Shown piece after piece: positions 12,801 to 23,400 of a stretch of DNA of 64,000 bases. The notes under the pieces are model-generated. The model did not search any database. It was not told where the DNA came from and was given only the letters and a program-made list of their open reading frames with translations. Source of the DNA: Nemertoderma westbladi (Eukaryota; Animalia; Xenacoelomorpha); contig JAUCBJ010001608.1 in the NCBI GenBank assembly GCA_032718475.1, forward strand, positions 1 through 64,000, read 5' to 3'. The translations under genes were made by a program, and so were the position numbers. Every line of letters begins with the position of its first letter. Within the stretch, counting starts at the first letter, position 1.

Positions 12801-15482
12801 TTGCATTATTATACAAAGACTATGCTCTTGAGAGGTGGATTTAATCTTAGGTCCTGGGAATCAAATTCTCTCCCAGCAAAACACATTATACATGAGTGTG
12901 AACAATCGATTGATAGCGTCCACAAGCCACCTCAAGTCACAACAAATTCACTTTCCTCCCATTCGTTTACACTCAATCAAATGAACACTGACACTCGCTA
13001 CATAAAGGTATTAGGCATTGAGTGGTCACCAATGCAAGATGATTTCAAATACTTATTTAGAAATATCCTTCAGTTAATTGACACACTCCCACCTACTAAA
13101 CGTAGTATACTCAAGATAACTGGCCGCATCTTTGATCCAATGGGTTTTTTTAGTCCCATTGTCACCCAGTTAAAGGTATTATTTCAAGAACTTATTGGAT
13201 TCAACTGGGACAGTGTATTGTCACCAGATTTAAACAAAAGGTGGAAATCTTTCATTTATAACCTTGCATCATTAAATGATATTACCATTCCAAGGATTTA
13301 CTTTCCAGATTCAAATGCATTTGTTTCTCATTTAGTAGAGTATGGAGAGTTACATGCATTCGGGGATGCATCTAAAAAGGCATATGCAGCATGTATTTAC
13401 TTGTGTCTGCGGAAACCAAATCAAACCCCCCAATCTACACTAGTGGTTGCAAAGTCTCGTGTCGCACCTTTGAAGGAACAATCTTCATCGAAGTCTTCAT
13501 CTAAGCCCCCATCAATGCCCCGTCTAGAACTATTGGCTGCAGTTTTGGCAGCTCGCTTGCTAAACACAGTTCTTGATTCTTTGCTACCACTCAAACTCAC
13601 GCCTAAGTTTTTTTGTTGGTCTGACTCTCAAAATGTAATTTGTTGGATTCGCAATACAACCAAGGAGTTCAAACCATTTATCGAAAATAAGGTCCACGAA
13701 ATCCGATCCTTAACTCAACCAAATATTTGGAATCATGTTCCTGGAACTAGTAATCCAGCAGATGTGGCAACTCGTCCAATTTCACACGAAAAATTTCGTG
13801 ATTGTAGTATGTGGTGGTATGGCCCATCATGGATACTAAACCCAGCTTCTGAATGGCCTTCCACTAATAAGATAGAAATACAAGAACAACATCTACTTCA
13901 AACAACACTAGTAATTGCAACAAACGACATTATAGAACCAACAAAACCATCAATTAATTCAGTGATAAATTCAGAGAAGTTCAACTCTTACATGAAACTA
14001 CTTCGCTGTACATGCTATGTAATTCGATTCATTAATAATTTGAAGTCAAAGATTAAAGGTAATACTAAAGAAACATATGGCCCAATAACCACATCTGAAA
14101 TTCGATCTTCCGAGAAACTTTGGATTCGAGAAACGCAATCTATCGAATTTAAGACTGAACTAATCTACATGAAATCAAAAGAAGGGAAATGTCCATCTCT
14201 TCTAAATAGTCTAAAGTTATTCTTGGATAAAGATGATATTCTGCGGTATGAAACTCGTCTTCAAAATGCTCAATTGAAATATGATCAGATATTTCCTATT
14301 ATTTTGCCCAAAAATTCACACCTTAGCTCATTAATCATCAGTGATGCCCACAATCAAGTTATTCATAGTGGTGTTCAAGATACTCTAATACAACTACGGA
14401 CACGTTTCTGGATACCACAGGGTAGACAACGTGTTAAGTCAATTTTGCATCGCTGCGTACCTTGTAGAAGGATACAAGGATACCCTTACAGACTACCTCA
14501 AGCTCCACCCCTTCCTCCATTTCGTGTTGATCAGTCCTATCCATTCGCCAATGTTGGAATTGACATGGCTGGTCCACTTTATGTAAAGTCAGAAGTGTCT
14601 ACTGACAGTACGTTGAAGGTTTACATTTGCCTTTATACATGCCCCAGCACAAGAGCAATTCATCTGGATTTACTTAACGATCTCACAAGTGAAACATTCA
14701 TAAATTCGTTGAGGCAATTCATAGCTCGAAGAGGAGTCCCAATTCGCATCTTGTCTGACAATGGTGCCACGTTTAAAAGAGCATCGCGAGAATTAAAGAA
14801 ACTCTATAAACAAATCGTGAAATCACCTGAAGTCATAACATATTGTTGCCAAAATAGAATAACTTGGCAATTTAATGTGGCTTTAGCCCCATGGTGGGGA
14901 GGCCTGTGGGAAAGGCTTGTTCAGTCAACCAAGAAATGTCTCCGCAAAGTCATTGGACGTGCCATATTGTCATCTGATGCTCTGAGAACAATCCTCGTAG
15001 AAGTCGAAGGAGTTCTCAATTCAAGACCACTTACCTATGTCGACACTGAAGATAACGTTGACATATTAACTCCAAATCATCTTCTTTGTGGCCGTCGCCT
15101 AGGTTCATTACCTGATGAGACTGAAGTATCTGAACAATTGAGAGCAACTCAAAACAGTCTTAGACAATCTTACAAACTACGGAAGAGTTTGATAGCTCAA
15201 TTTTGGAAATCTTGGTTAGATGACTATCTTTGTTTCATGAAAAGTCAACATTGGACTAACACTAAAGACAACAAATCCAATATCAAGATTGGAGATATTG
15301 TGATTATACATCAAGCTCATAAACCTCGTGCTTTCTGGAAGTTTGGTCGGATAGCAAAACTTATCCATGGCCGAGATGAGCGTGTCCGTGCAGCTGATGT
15401 CACAGTAGGACTAAAAAAGGTCGGAAACCATATTATACAGCGACCAATAAGTTTACTATATCCACTTGAAGTTCAATCATAA
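9894..15482 (+). CDS. BEL/Pao Gag-Pol polyprotein (Gag, three zinc knuckles, protease, RT, RNase H, integrase), 1862 aa
   Basis: LPKFSGD Gag motif; CIFCNGNHYSSSC/CFICLSKNHFKPNC/CFSCKRKGHHSSIC; LFDKGS protease; ADIEKAF and YVDN RT; FGDAS RNase H; GIDMAGP/SDNGATF/PWWGG integrase; RPISLLYPLE end. Confidence 0.97.
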   Translation: MEQLKSQRAGKRGYLTRLISQTNTLLLVTEKDPIELEVLRDNIFDVLNWLKEKDEDYQSYISPDTIEKDVIECESRQYEGSHAIKKIEKFLESIKSTTAENISSQSLDSSHYNPLDSSQFRAHTTLSTGTLPKFSGDLLQWIEFRDTFQSSVHNNPKISSIDKFVILLGQLHGAAKESIAGIPLNAANYSHVWDILESRFGNAEAISYKLMEIFLTYQPVSKMNMKEVQLLHDKYKSTIRQLESLNVNPTSYEVLLKPVVMSKLPIEFRLIMRKKPNFNTIGIERLLEYMQTELQTRTLCELELKTHAQHKLAPNTTYDNLKQRKSTSVSSMVPTTAALVAIKPKISCIFCNGNHYSSSCNSIRDVKSRREKLTSEKCCFICLSKNHFKPNCPKADKQCFSCKRKGHHSSICYTANNGKSVSNAAIVHSNSSSTTGMSDTAMQLNHNSASLSAQPQSQVSQINSRAIAYPSQGVVNMVVCETTQTSITRQSHMFNEQEHATQTTVSILLETATLKCYNPKNIRELHVRVLFDKGSHRSYITDKVCNELDLEVVGKGFIHVSSFLSRMPKRIECNLVKFNLIKGTANIVVEATAVPFICLPFGPQECQTQQYSHLRNLNLADDFRSSHKEIGVLIGADLYNNLVDAGNVRKGHLSDQPVATKSVFGWLLTGPIEESENMSTENTALVASNDTCDCTRELTKILKTFWELESAGVSTPDHVHNNFCKEIMFENRRYSVNLPWKDNVAPLQNHYSLSLGRLQSLVKRFLRNPTLYHRYSEVLSDYCKRGFIEEVNDPSESCGITHYIPHHCVIREDHNTTKLRIVFDGSARDSKQDLSLNDTLYTGPSLVSNIVSIMIRFRLYQYVLLADIEKAFLMVSVNSEHRDALRFLWMQNPLDQANDTVKVYRWCRVPFGLNPSPFLLHGTVSHHLSEENKSPHVNDATSTAINVLGNDLYVDNLQTGADTVNEILSLHYYTKTMLLRGGFNLRSWESNSLPAKHIIHECEQSIDSVHKPPQVTTNSLSSHSFTLNQMNTDTRYIKVLGIEWSPMQDDFKYLFRNILQLIDTLPPTKRSILKITGRIFDPMGFFSPIVTQLKVLFQELIGFNWDSVLSPDLNKRWKSFIYNLASLNDITIPRIYFPDSNAFVSHLVEYGELHAFGDASKKAYAACIYLCLRKPNQTPQSTLVVAKSRVAPLKEQSSSKSSSKPPSMPRLELLAAVLAARLLNTVLDSLLPLKLTPKFFCWSDSQNVICWIRNTTKEFKPFIENKVHEIRSLTQPNIWNHVPGTSNPADVATRPISHEKFRDCSMWWYGPSWILNPASEWPSTNKIEIQEQHLLQTTLVIATNDIIEPTKPSINSVINSEKFNSYMKLLRCTCYVIRFINNLKSKIKGNTKETYGPITTSEIRSSEKLWIRETQSIEFKTELIYMKSKEGKCPSLLNSLKLFLDKDDILRYETRLQNAQLKYDQIFPIILPKNSHLSSLIISDAHNQVIHSGVQDTLIQLRTRFWIPQGRQRVKSILHRCVPCRRIQGYPYRLPQAPPLPPFRVDQSYPFANVGIDMAGPLYVKSEVSTDSTLKVYICLYTCPSTRAIHLDLLNDLTSETFINSLRQFIARRGVPIRILSDNGATFKRASRELKKLYKQIVKSPEVITYCCQNRITWQFNVALAPWWGGLWERLVQSTKKCLRKVIGRAILSSDALRTILVEVEGVLNSRPLTYVDTEDNVDILTPNHLLCGRRLGSLPDETEVSEQLRATQNSLRQSYKLRKSLIAQFWKSWLDDYLCFMKSQHWTNTKDNKSNIKIGDIVIIHQAHKPRAFWKFGRIAKLIHGRDERVRAADVTVGLKKVGNHIIQRPISLLYPLEVQS

Positions 15483-15682
15483 AAAACAGGTGGATTAGTA
15501 CTAAAAATGTTGAACTCAGAACCAAATGCACTACCTACTTAGACATGTTTGTTATTAATATTGATTGATATATTTAATAGTTTATACAGCATAATTATAA
15601 AATACCATTACATAGTGGAATATAATTATTTTAGCTTATTATCAAACTCATGTATGAATATTACATATTCATGGTGGGGAGA

Positions 15683-16055
15683 TGTTGGAGATTTATATTA
15701 GCTTTTATTAACATTCTTCCCATAGTTTTTCTAAACATTATATTATCATGATTATTAGTTGGCAATTTACCATTATACATAGGCTTACTTTGAAGTATTA
15801 TATTTGTCACATTGTTACATTAATTAACAGCTGATTTATCTATTGAGGTTTACTCTTTACCATTTACTCTTTTGATATTCATAGTTATTGTTGTTGTTTT
15901 TTGTTGTCGTAAAACTTTCAATAATATTGCCAATATGTATACTTATACTGTAGGAATAGCTCTGTTTATATATTAAATATACTATAAGATTATTGTTTAT
16001 TATATTCGACATCTTATACTAAAAACTCTTTATCAATCCTTCGGGAACCCCAACA
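15683..16055 (+). repeat. 3' LTR of element C
   Basis: TGTTGGAG...CCCCAACA followed by the TSD GGCTC. Confidence 0.95.
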
Positions 16056-18175
16056 GGCTCCACACCTTGCGCATGAAATACTTCAGACCTAACAGGTTGA
16101 CACATTGTTACAGGGGGTGTTGGTATACCCTTTTGTAGATTTACAAACTTATCGCGTTCTAACGCGATACTCTGCTGCACTTCCTGTAATTCTAACTTAC
16201 TTTCTCTTACTGTTCCCTTTAACTGTTGAACAGTCCCCTCCAACTCTCGGACCTGTTGGGAGGAGCGAGCCTGATTCTCCTCCATCTGCCCGAGGAGAAT
16301 ATCCATCCCCTGCCGTCGCTCATCCACCCACTCTACCGCCGAAGCGGGAGCAGCCAACATAGTAGTGGGTAGACGAGGGACTACGGGTGACAAATTGTTA
16401 ATGTCTCGCTCGGCGTCCAGGACCGGAGTTGACTGAGGAACTGTCCCACTGGATACAGGTAGTTTAGTACTGTGCAAAGGGAATTTAGAGTTAGGTTCTG
16501 GAAGTACAGGGGTCTCTATCACAGAGGGAGTGGCTTCGAGAACAGGCCTAATTATTTCAGACTCATCCACTATAGTAGGGAGTCTTTCTACTCTAATACT
16601 TTGGTCAGTGGGTTCTGTACTCCCTAAGTCTGCTCTAGCTAGTTGCCTTCTCACAGCTGGGGGCAAATTATGCAATTTCTGATGGTGAGGCATTCTTCTA
16701 CGTCTGTTGGAACGAGATCTATTTCCTCCGCCTTCAGGATCGGTGGTATCGCCTTCATCAGATGATGTAAATGCCTGTCTCTTGGGAGTAGATCAACTTA
16801 TCATCTGCATCTGACTAGCTGTTATTTGTTTATTTAGGTAATCTTGCTTCTCTTGAAGATTTTCCAACTCTAGTTGGGCTGTCTCTTCAGATGCTTTCCG
16901 TTTGGTTTCCGCCACTGCCAATGCGGCCTTTCTTTCAACCTCCACCGCTGCCGCTGCCGCTTTCCTTTCAGCTTCTACTGCTGCTGCTGCCGCTTCCTGT
17001 CTGTCTTCTATCTGTTTCTTCTTTACTTGTTCTTCTTGGACCCTAGCGATGCGGATGCGTTCATCAAATTTAGCTTGGTTTGCAGCTATCATTTCCGCGT
17101 CTATTGCGTCCAACACAAACTTGGCTCCTTCACTATTAGGGCGAAGTCCAGCCAGCCGTCTCCTCAACTCTTCGTCACCTAAAAATCGTTGATAGTCCGA
17201 CAGATAGATGTCAATAGCGTCCTTCTTCTGAGGTCTCCCTAATGTAACCTCGCTTTCCACTTGAGAAAAGGCAGCATCTGTTGATTCTCCGTGGGTCGAG
17301 CGCTCATTTAGCTGAATTTTCCATTGGGTCGTTCCTTGAACCTTGAGACTCACCTGTTGGAATCAAGTCTTGATGGCAACTTGCAACGACGTGTCTTGGG
17401 TTCTCTTCGAAGCTTCCTCAAAGGCTGATAGGAGTAGTCTGATTCTTAGGATTCTTACTCGAACTTGATAAAGCAGCTCTCCCTGCTCTTGAGGTCCTTG
17501 ATGTTGTTGAAACAGTTGTTCCTCTAATCGCTCCAAAGAGCTGAAGAATCCCTGCACATATCCCGCTGCCGACCTCTTCCACACAGCTGGATCACTAGTG
17601 TCTTTTGTCACTCCCATCCTGTATAAGTCCTCCCAGGCAGCTTCCGATAAGTTAAACGGGAGTCCGGGTCCGGGGAAGTTCCATTGCGTCTCGACAATAG
17701 ACTTCAGTTCCTCCCTTGTGTATCCCGCATAACTGTCCTTGGTCGATCGCTTACTTCTCGCCCAATCGATTTGGTGTTCCTCCACTGCAATCAATACCCA
17801 AGTGAGTACGGCTGCAGGAAGAATGAGAAGGGGATCCGAATAAACCGCATCTGCCATCTTGGCTCCGCGCTCGGGTGTCAACTCTACAGTATCTGAACTT
17901 CTGGAGCTATTGGGCCGCTGAGAAATAAGTTCTCGGCTCGGGTGTTGCTGCTGTTTAACAGCTGCTTCTTGGTCCCGCTTGACTTGAGCCCGAGTGCCTA
18001 TGATAGACCTACGGTGTTTGACTAGCCTAGGGTCTGATACTACTACTGGAGGGATGATCTTTCTTACAGTAGGAGGTGAGTTGAACTTCGGTCTCAAATG
18101 TTCCGCACTCCTATCTGGGTCACAGATGGTTGTATCTAGGAGACTGTCTGACAGGTTTTGCTTTGTGTCAGACAT
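16056..18175 (-). pseudogene. gag-pol remnant of copy A, 5' part (long N-terminal extension of Gag)
   Basis: ORFs 17363..18175, 16793..17353 and 16019..16693 are consecutive pieces matching B 37448-39660, broken by stops. Confidence 0.9.
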
Positions 18176-19309
18176 GTTTGTTTGTACAGTTGAATGCCTA
18201 CTGCTATAATTACAGTTAAAGCAAGTCTAGTAATTCAGTATCACTGTTAGCCTAGTAATTAATTACCGATATCGTTACCCTATGTAACGTGATATATATA
18301 CAATATATTAGAATACCGGTATACACTTATAGTATATAAGTATTATTACGGTTCAAATATTAGGGTTCGTCACAGAATACCGGTATATAATTTCAGCGCA
18401 AATATATAGATATATAATAAGCCTAACGTGAATACCGGTATACAGCTTACACTTATATTATATATAAGTATAATTATAGACTAGAATTAATTACAGAATA
18501 CCGGTATATATTTTCAGCCTAAATTTATAGAAATAAATATAATAAGCCTATCGTAAAAACCAGTACGTCAATTATTTTAGAATAATTGAATTTCTGAATT
18601 TTTAGAGTTACTTAGTTACTTTACTTTACTTTATTACCGTTATTTAAGCAGTAGTCCAACTGATATTAAGACCTAATTGTTGTATAACAGGCCTACTATT
18701 TTATAAATCGGTCTGAGTTGATTTATAATATATATATACCCGCTTAATGGGTTTTGTTACAATATTTGAAATAAATGTTATTATTTCTGGGAAGGAGTCA
18801 CTACACAGAAGCTGTACGCTCTCAGTGAAGTGCTACTTGTTGGACACTAAATTCTACTTGCCTAAGTTACTTATTACTACAAATTACGTACAATTACGGG
18901 GTGAGATTACAATCTCTAAATAAACACAAAAAATTATACGTACGAATTTTTAGGGTTAATTTTACAAGAAATCTACAAACCAGCCTAACAAGGAGTTAGA
19001 ATATCTGGTTATTACAACGGACAGGATACTACGGTATTTGAAAATAATAAAGCAGTAGTAAATATATTGCGTTGTCTAGATAGGAAAAATACCACCGTCT
19101 GACGACTTATAGTCTCTAGCTTTACAGCTCTATAAGTACTACGTTATGTACCCGGAGTGTTCCTACCTAGAAGTTAATTACCGCAGCTTACCATAGCTAA
19201 CATGCCTATTAACCACTTTACAACACAAATATACTGCCTACACACTAATTACCTTCGGAAAGCACTGTACACTAAACCCTAAATTAGGTACAAGTACTTA
19301 TACATTATT

Positions 19310-19672
19310 GATAGTAACAATGTGTTGGCAAGCTGTATTTTTCGAGGTGTTTGTTATTATACATTTATTATAGGAAGGGATCTAGGGGTCTTAAGTAAGG
19401 TCGACCCAGTAAGGTCGAAACGCGTACGTGGTTTGGAGAGATATGAGATATTAATTTCAAGAAAAATTACGCGATTCCTAAATTTGTACACTACCCGGTT
19501 AATAAGTACGCATGTGATGGGATAAGTCCTACAATTGCGCCAATAAAAGATAAGTTATTTTCGGTAAAATAAACTTATCATTCGAGGTTAAGACCCCTAG
19601 ATCCCTTCCTATAATAAATGTATAATAACAAATACCTCGAAAAATACAGCTTACCAACACATTGTTACTATC
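19310..19672. repeat. 85-bp inverted repeat with a 193-bp spacer at the 5' breakpoint of copy A
   Basis: 19310-19394 is the reverse complement of 19588-19672 with two mismatches. Confidence 0.9.
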
Positions 19673-19830
19673 TTTGGTTCCGAGTGTTAGTTACTTTTAA
19701 TGGGATCTAAGTTCTGTGTGTTCTCTGTTTGTGCTGTATTTGTATGTACCGTTGCTGTTTCAGAGTTTACTGTTTATTACACTTCAGCACTTGACAGTCA
19801 GATAGTTACCGGTGTTTTCATACTTAACAA

Positions 19831-19842
19831 TGGTAGCAGAGC
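19831..19842 (+). promoter_or_regulatory. Primer-binding site complementary to initiator tRNA-Met
   Basis: TGGTAGCAGAGC, 1 nt after the 5' LTR; characteristic of GalEa Copia elements. Confidence 0.9.
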
Positions 19843-20463
19843 CTCAAAGAGTAATTCAACTGTAGGACTAATAAATTTATGTCTGGATGTTATAAACTGC
19901 TGAACTGCACTGCGTGATGGCGCACCTTCTGTCAGTCTGTTACTGGATTCAGTAGCCTATGCGTGATGGCGCGTTTATTGTAATTATTCGCGTGATGGCG
20001 CAATCTCTGATTTTATCGGAAGTCTGTATGTCGTTCCGATACCGATTTCAATTCAGCGTGATGGCGCTGGCGTATACAGCCAACAGCAGTGTATAGTGAC
20101 AGTCTTGTTATTTGTTTTGGTTTGCCTTATTTTTATGTAATTATGTACACAGTAAGGGCAGTTAGCCCAGTTTGGCTGCATCGTGCAGCCTAGTTTGGCT
20201 GAAACTACCTAACTGAAGAGAGTGTGACGGTTAACTTTTCTAGCTACAACTGCAATCTGGATTGTTAATATTGGCCTACTTAAACCTTAATATTCAATAG
20301 TACCGGGTGCAGGCACCGCACGTAGGTACGGTACCACAAGTAGCCTACCAACCTACAGGCCTGAAACACTCTGTAAACTGTAACAAGTGATAGTGTGGGT
20401 GGAGGCACATTTCTGTATTTTTATACAAAATAAATTAAATTTTAAAGGTATTAAATTTACAAA

Positions 20464-23400
20464 ATGCCTAATAACGGACAGGGTGCTGATAGCACAAGTA
20501 TGAGTAGACAAGCTCAAGCTGGACTAATCAGTGTCAGAGTACCAGCTCCAATATTTGATCCCAAAATTGGAAATTATCGCAGATGGAAAAAAGAAATAGC
20601 TGTTTGGAAATCTATTACAGAAATACCTAAATCTAAGTATGCCGCAACTGTTATATTAAATTTGAAGGATGTTGCTAAGGAGAGAGCACTAGATCTTGAC
20701 ATAGAAAGCCTCGCTGTTGATGATGGGCTTGATAGTTTATTACATGCTCTGGATAAAACTTTTTTGCGTGAGAAAGAAGAAGATGCCTATGATAACTTCG
20801 TTGTTTTCAGAAATTTATCCAGAAATTGTAACATTTCTATACGAGATTTTATCATTAAATTCGAAAGTCAGGTTAGCTTACTGAAGGAGTTTGATCTTGT
20901 ATTTGCAGACGCAATTTTAGCTGCAGAATTAATCCATAAAGCGAATTTAGATTCGAGTGAGAGAAAAATGATTCTGGCTACCACAAAATTAGAATTTGAT
21001 GATGTGAAGCGGCACCTCCTGAGAATGATGTCTGATATTGGATCAGGGAATAGCCAGGGGCAAACAGAAAATGATGATGGTATTGTTGAGGTGAAAACTG
21101 AGTCTGCTTTGTGGGGAAATAATCAATTTCAGCGACGACAAAATCCAATTTATGGATACAATAATGCTAGAGGTCGGTCCAAGTTTCTCCCAAATCGAAA
21201 TAGTAGACCTGGTGTTAATCTGGGGCAGACCACAAATCCAAATATTAAGCCAAAAAAAATAGAAAAGCTTCATAAGCAATTTGCACATCCGCACAAAGAA
21301 ACACTTATAAAGATACTTGAACAGTCTGTTGGACAAGTTGATAAACAATTAGTCACAAAAGTCTCTGAAGAATGCCCTGTTTGTAAACGAAGTGGGAGGC
21401 AACCTTGTCACCCATGTGTTTCCTTGCCATTGTCTACAGATACAAATGATGTTTTGGGATTAGACATATTTTTTTTACCTAATTCAAAGCCAGTACTTCA
21501 TATCATTGATCTGTTCTCAAGATATAGTCTCGCAGTTCTACTTCATGATAAGTTATCAACATCGGTTCAAGTTGCATTACTAGACAAATGGTGTTCGATA
21601 TTTGGCCCACCGAACCAGGCTGTATTAACAGACAATGGGGGGGAATTTAGTGCAATTGCATTTACAGAATTATGTAACAAGTTAAATGCAAAACACGACG
21701 TTACTGCTCCATATGCTCCTTATAGTAACGGAATAACTGAACGCCATAATGGGCTTGTAAAGGAAATATATTCCAAGATAAAGACAGATAATCCGAATTT
21801 CAGTGACTATAAGATTCTACAGATGACATCATTCGTAAAAAACTCTTGGCCAACATACAGCGGATTTTCTCCTCATCAAATTATGTTTGGTCATGGCCCT
21901 AACTTGGGAAGTATTTTGACAGATAACATATCGGCACTAGACAATACGAACTCACTCAGCAAAACGGTTGGAGATCATATATCTTTTCTCAACCAAATTC
22001 GCAATGAGTATGTCAAGGTTGACACATCAGGTAGAATTCGGAAAGCTTTAGCAAGAAATGTAAAACCTTCAAATTGTCAACTTAAGATTGGTGATACAGT
22101 CAATTATTTCCATCATTCCAATAGATGGTGTGGCCCTGCAAAAGTTGTTGGATTAAATGGTTCTGAAATACTTGTTTCTCATGGCTCCCGCTACATTAGA
22201 TGCCATAGGTCTAAGCTTCGACTAGATGATCACAAGAAACTAATAGATGAAACAATTCAGGATAGTCAGGAAATTGACAAGCTGGACTCAACAATGATTC
22301 CAGAAGGTGATGATGAATGCGAATTGCGTTTGAACAGTCATGATAATCAAATTTGTCGTAATGATGAACCGCTATGTGCTAATGAGAAGATAAAATTACC
22401 TGTTATCGACTCCTTGCGCAATAGTGAAAATAATGATAATATTGAGGACGAAAATTTACAACGATTGGGTAGAAGATATCCAATTAGAGAGAGAAAACCT
22501 CCAGAATACTATGGATTCAAAGCTGATATATATGTATCTTCTGACAACGAAATAGAAGACGCTAAGCAAAAGGAGCTGCAGAGTTGGATTGAAAATGATG
22601 TATATGTGGAAGTTAGTTTGGATGAATTACCTGAGGGGGCTAATATAGTCGATACACGATGGGTGATTAACTCAAAGTTAGTTGATGATATAAACGTCAC
22701 AAAGGCCAGATTGGTTGCCAAGGGCTTCCAGGATTGTGATTCAACGGTATCGTTTTCTCCCACATGTGATAAGCTATCACTGCGAGTGCTAATATCTCTT
22801 TCAGCCGTGAATGACTGGGATATATGGGCTGTTGATATTCGTAGAGCATTCTTACAAAATGGAGATCTTACACAAGACAGAGTTGTTTATGTTATACCTC
22901 CCAAAGAAAGCATGATCAACGGGAATAGCAATATATATTGGAAACTCAATAAGTCGGTATACGGACTTCAAGATGCTTGTCGACATTGGTTTATCAGATT
23001 AAATTTAGAACTTCAGAAGCTTGGATGTAACCAAAGTCCGCTTGATCCAGCAATGTACAACTTAACTGATTTATCCGGAATGACAATGGGTGTTATTGTA
23101 ACTCATGTTGACGACATTTTAGTAGCTGGAAGTAGTGAGGCTTATAAACTAATCAATAATATTCAAAAACAATTAAACGTTGGTAGAGTGATAAAGATTG
23201 GAAACGATTGGGTGAAGTTTCTAGGCGTGAATATTCGAAGGAAGGTACATGGTGGATATGAAATTGAAATGGATTCTTTTATACAATCTATTGTTTGTAA
23301 TGATTTCAATTACAAAAAGACTTCTGAGGAAGAGAAGAAACGTTACTTCAAATCTGTATTGGGTCAACTGTTATGGGTGTCAACAAATACAAGGCCTGAT

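Larger units (their letters stand above)
9111..16055 (+). mobile_element. Intact BEL/Pao LTR retrotransposon (element C) nested in the gag of copy A
   Basis: 373-bp LTRs with one mismatch seen, TG...CA ends, 5-bp TSD GGCTC (9106-9110, 16056-16060), PPT GGTGGGGAGA; the empty site is visible in copy B (GGTGTGGAGCCTACAC, ~39652). Confidence 0.97.
771..19304 (-). mobile_element. Giant BEL/Pao LTR retroelement, copy A (defective: 5'-truncated, ~3.9-kb pol deletion, nested BEL insertion)
   Basis: Collinear in reverse with copy B from B ~34660 to the 3' LTR: leader, gag, integrase C-terminus, accessory ORFs, PPT and LTR. Confidence 0.93.

Noticed and set aside
19403-19425. Complete hammerhead ribozyme
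   Set aside because: The CTGANGA core is missing; kept only as a partial motif
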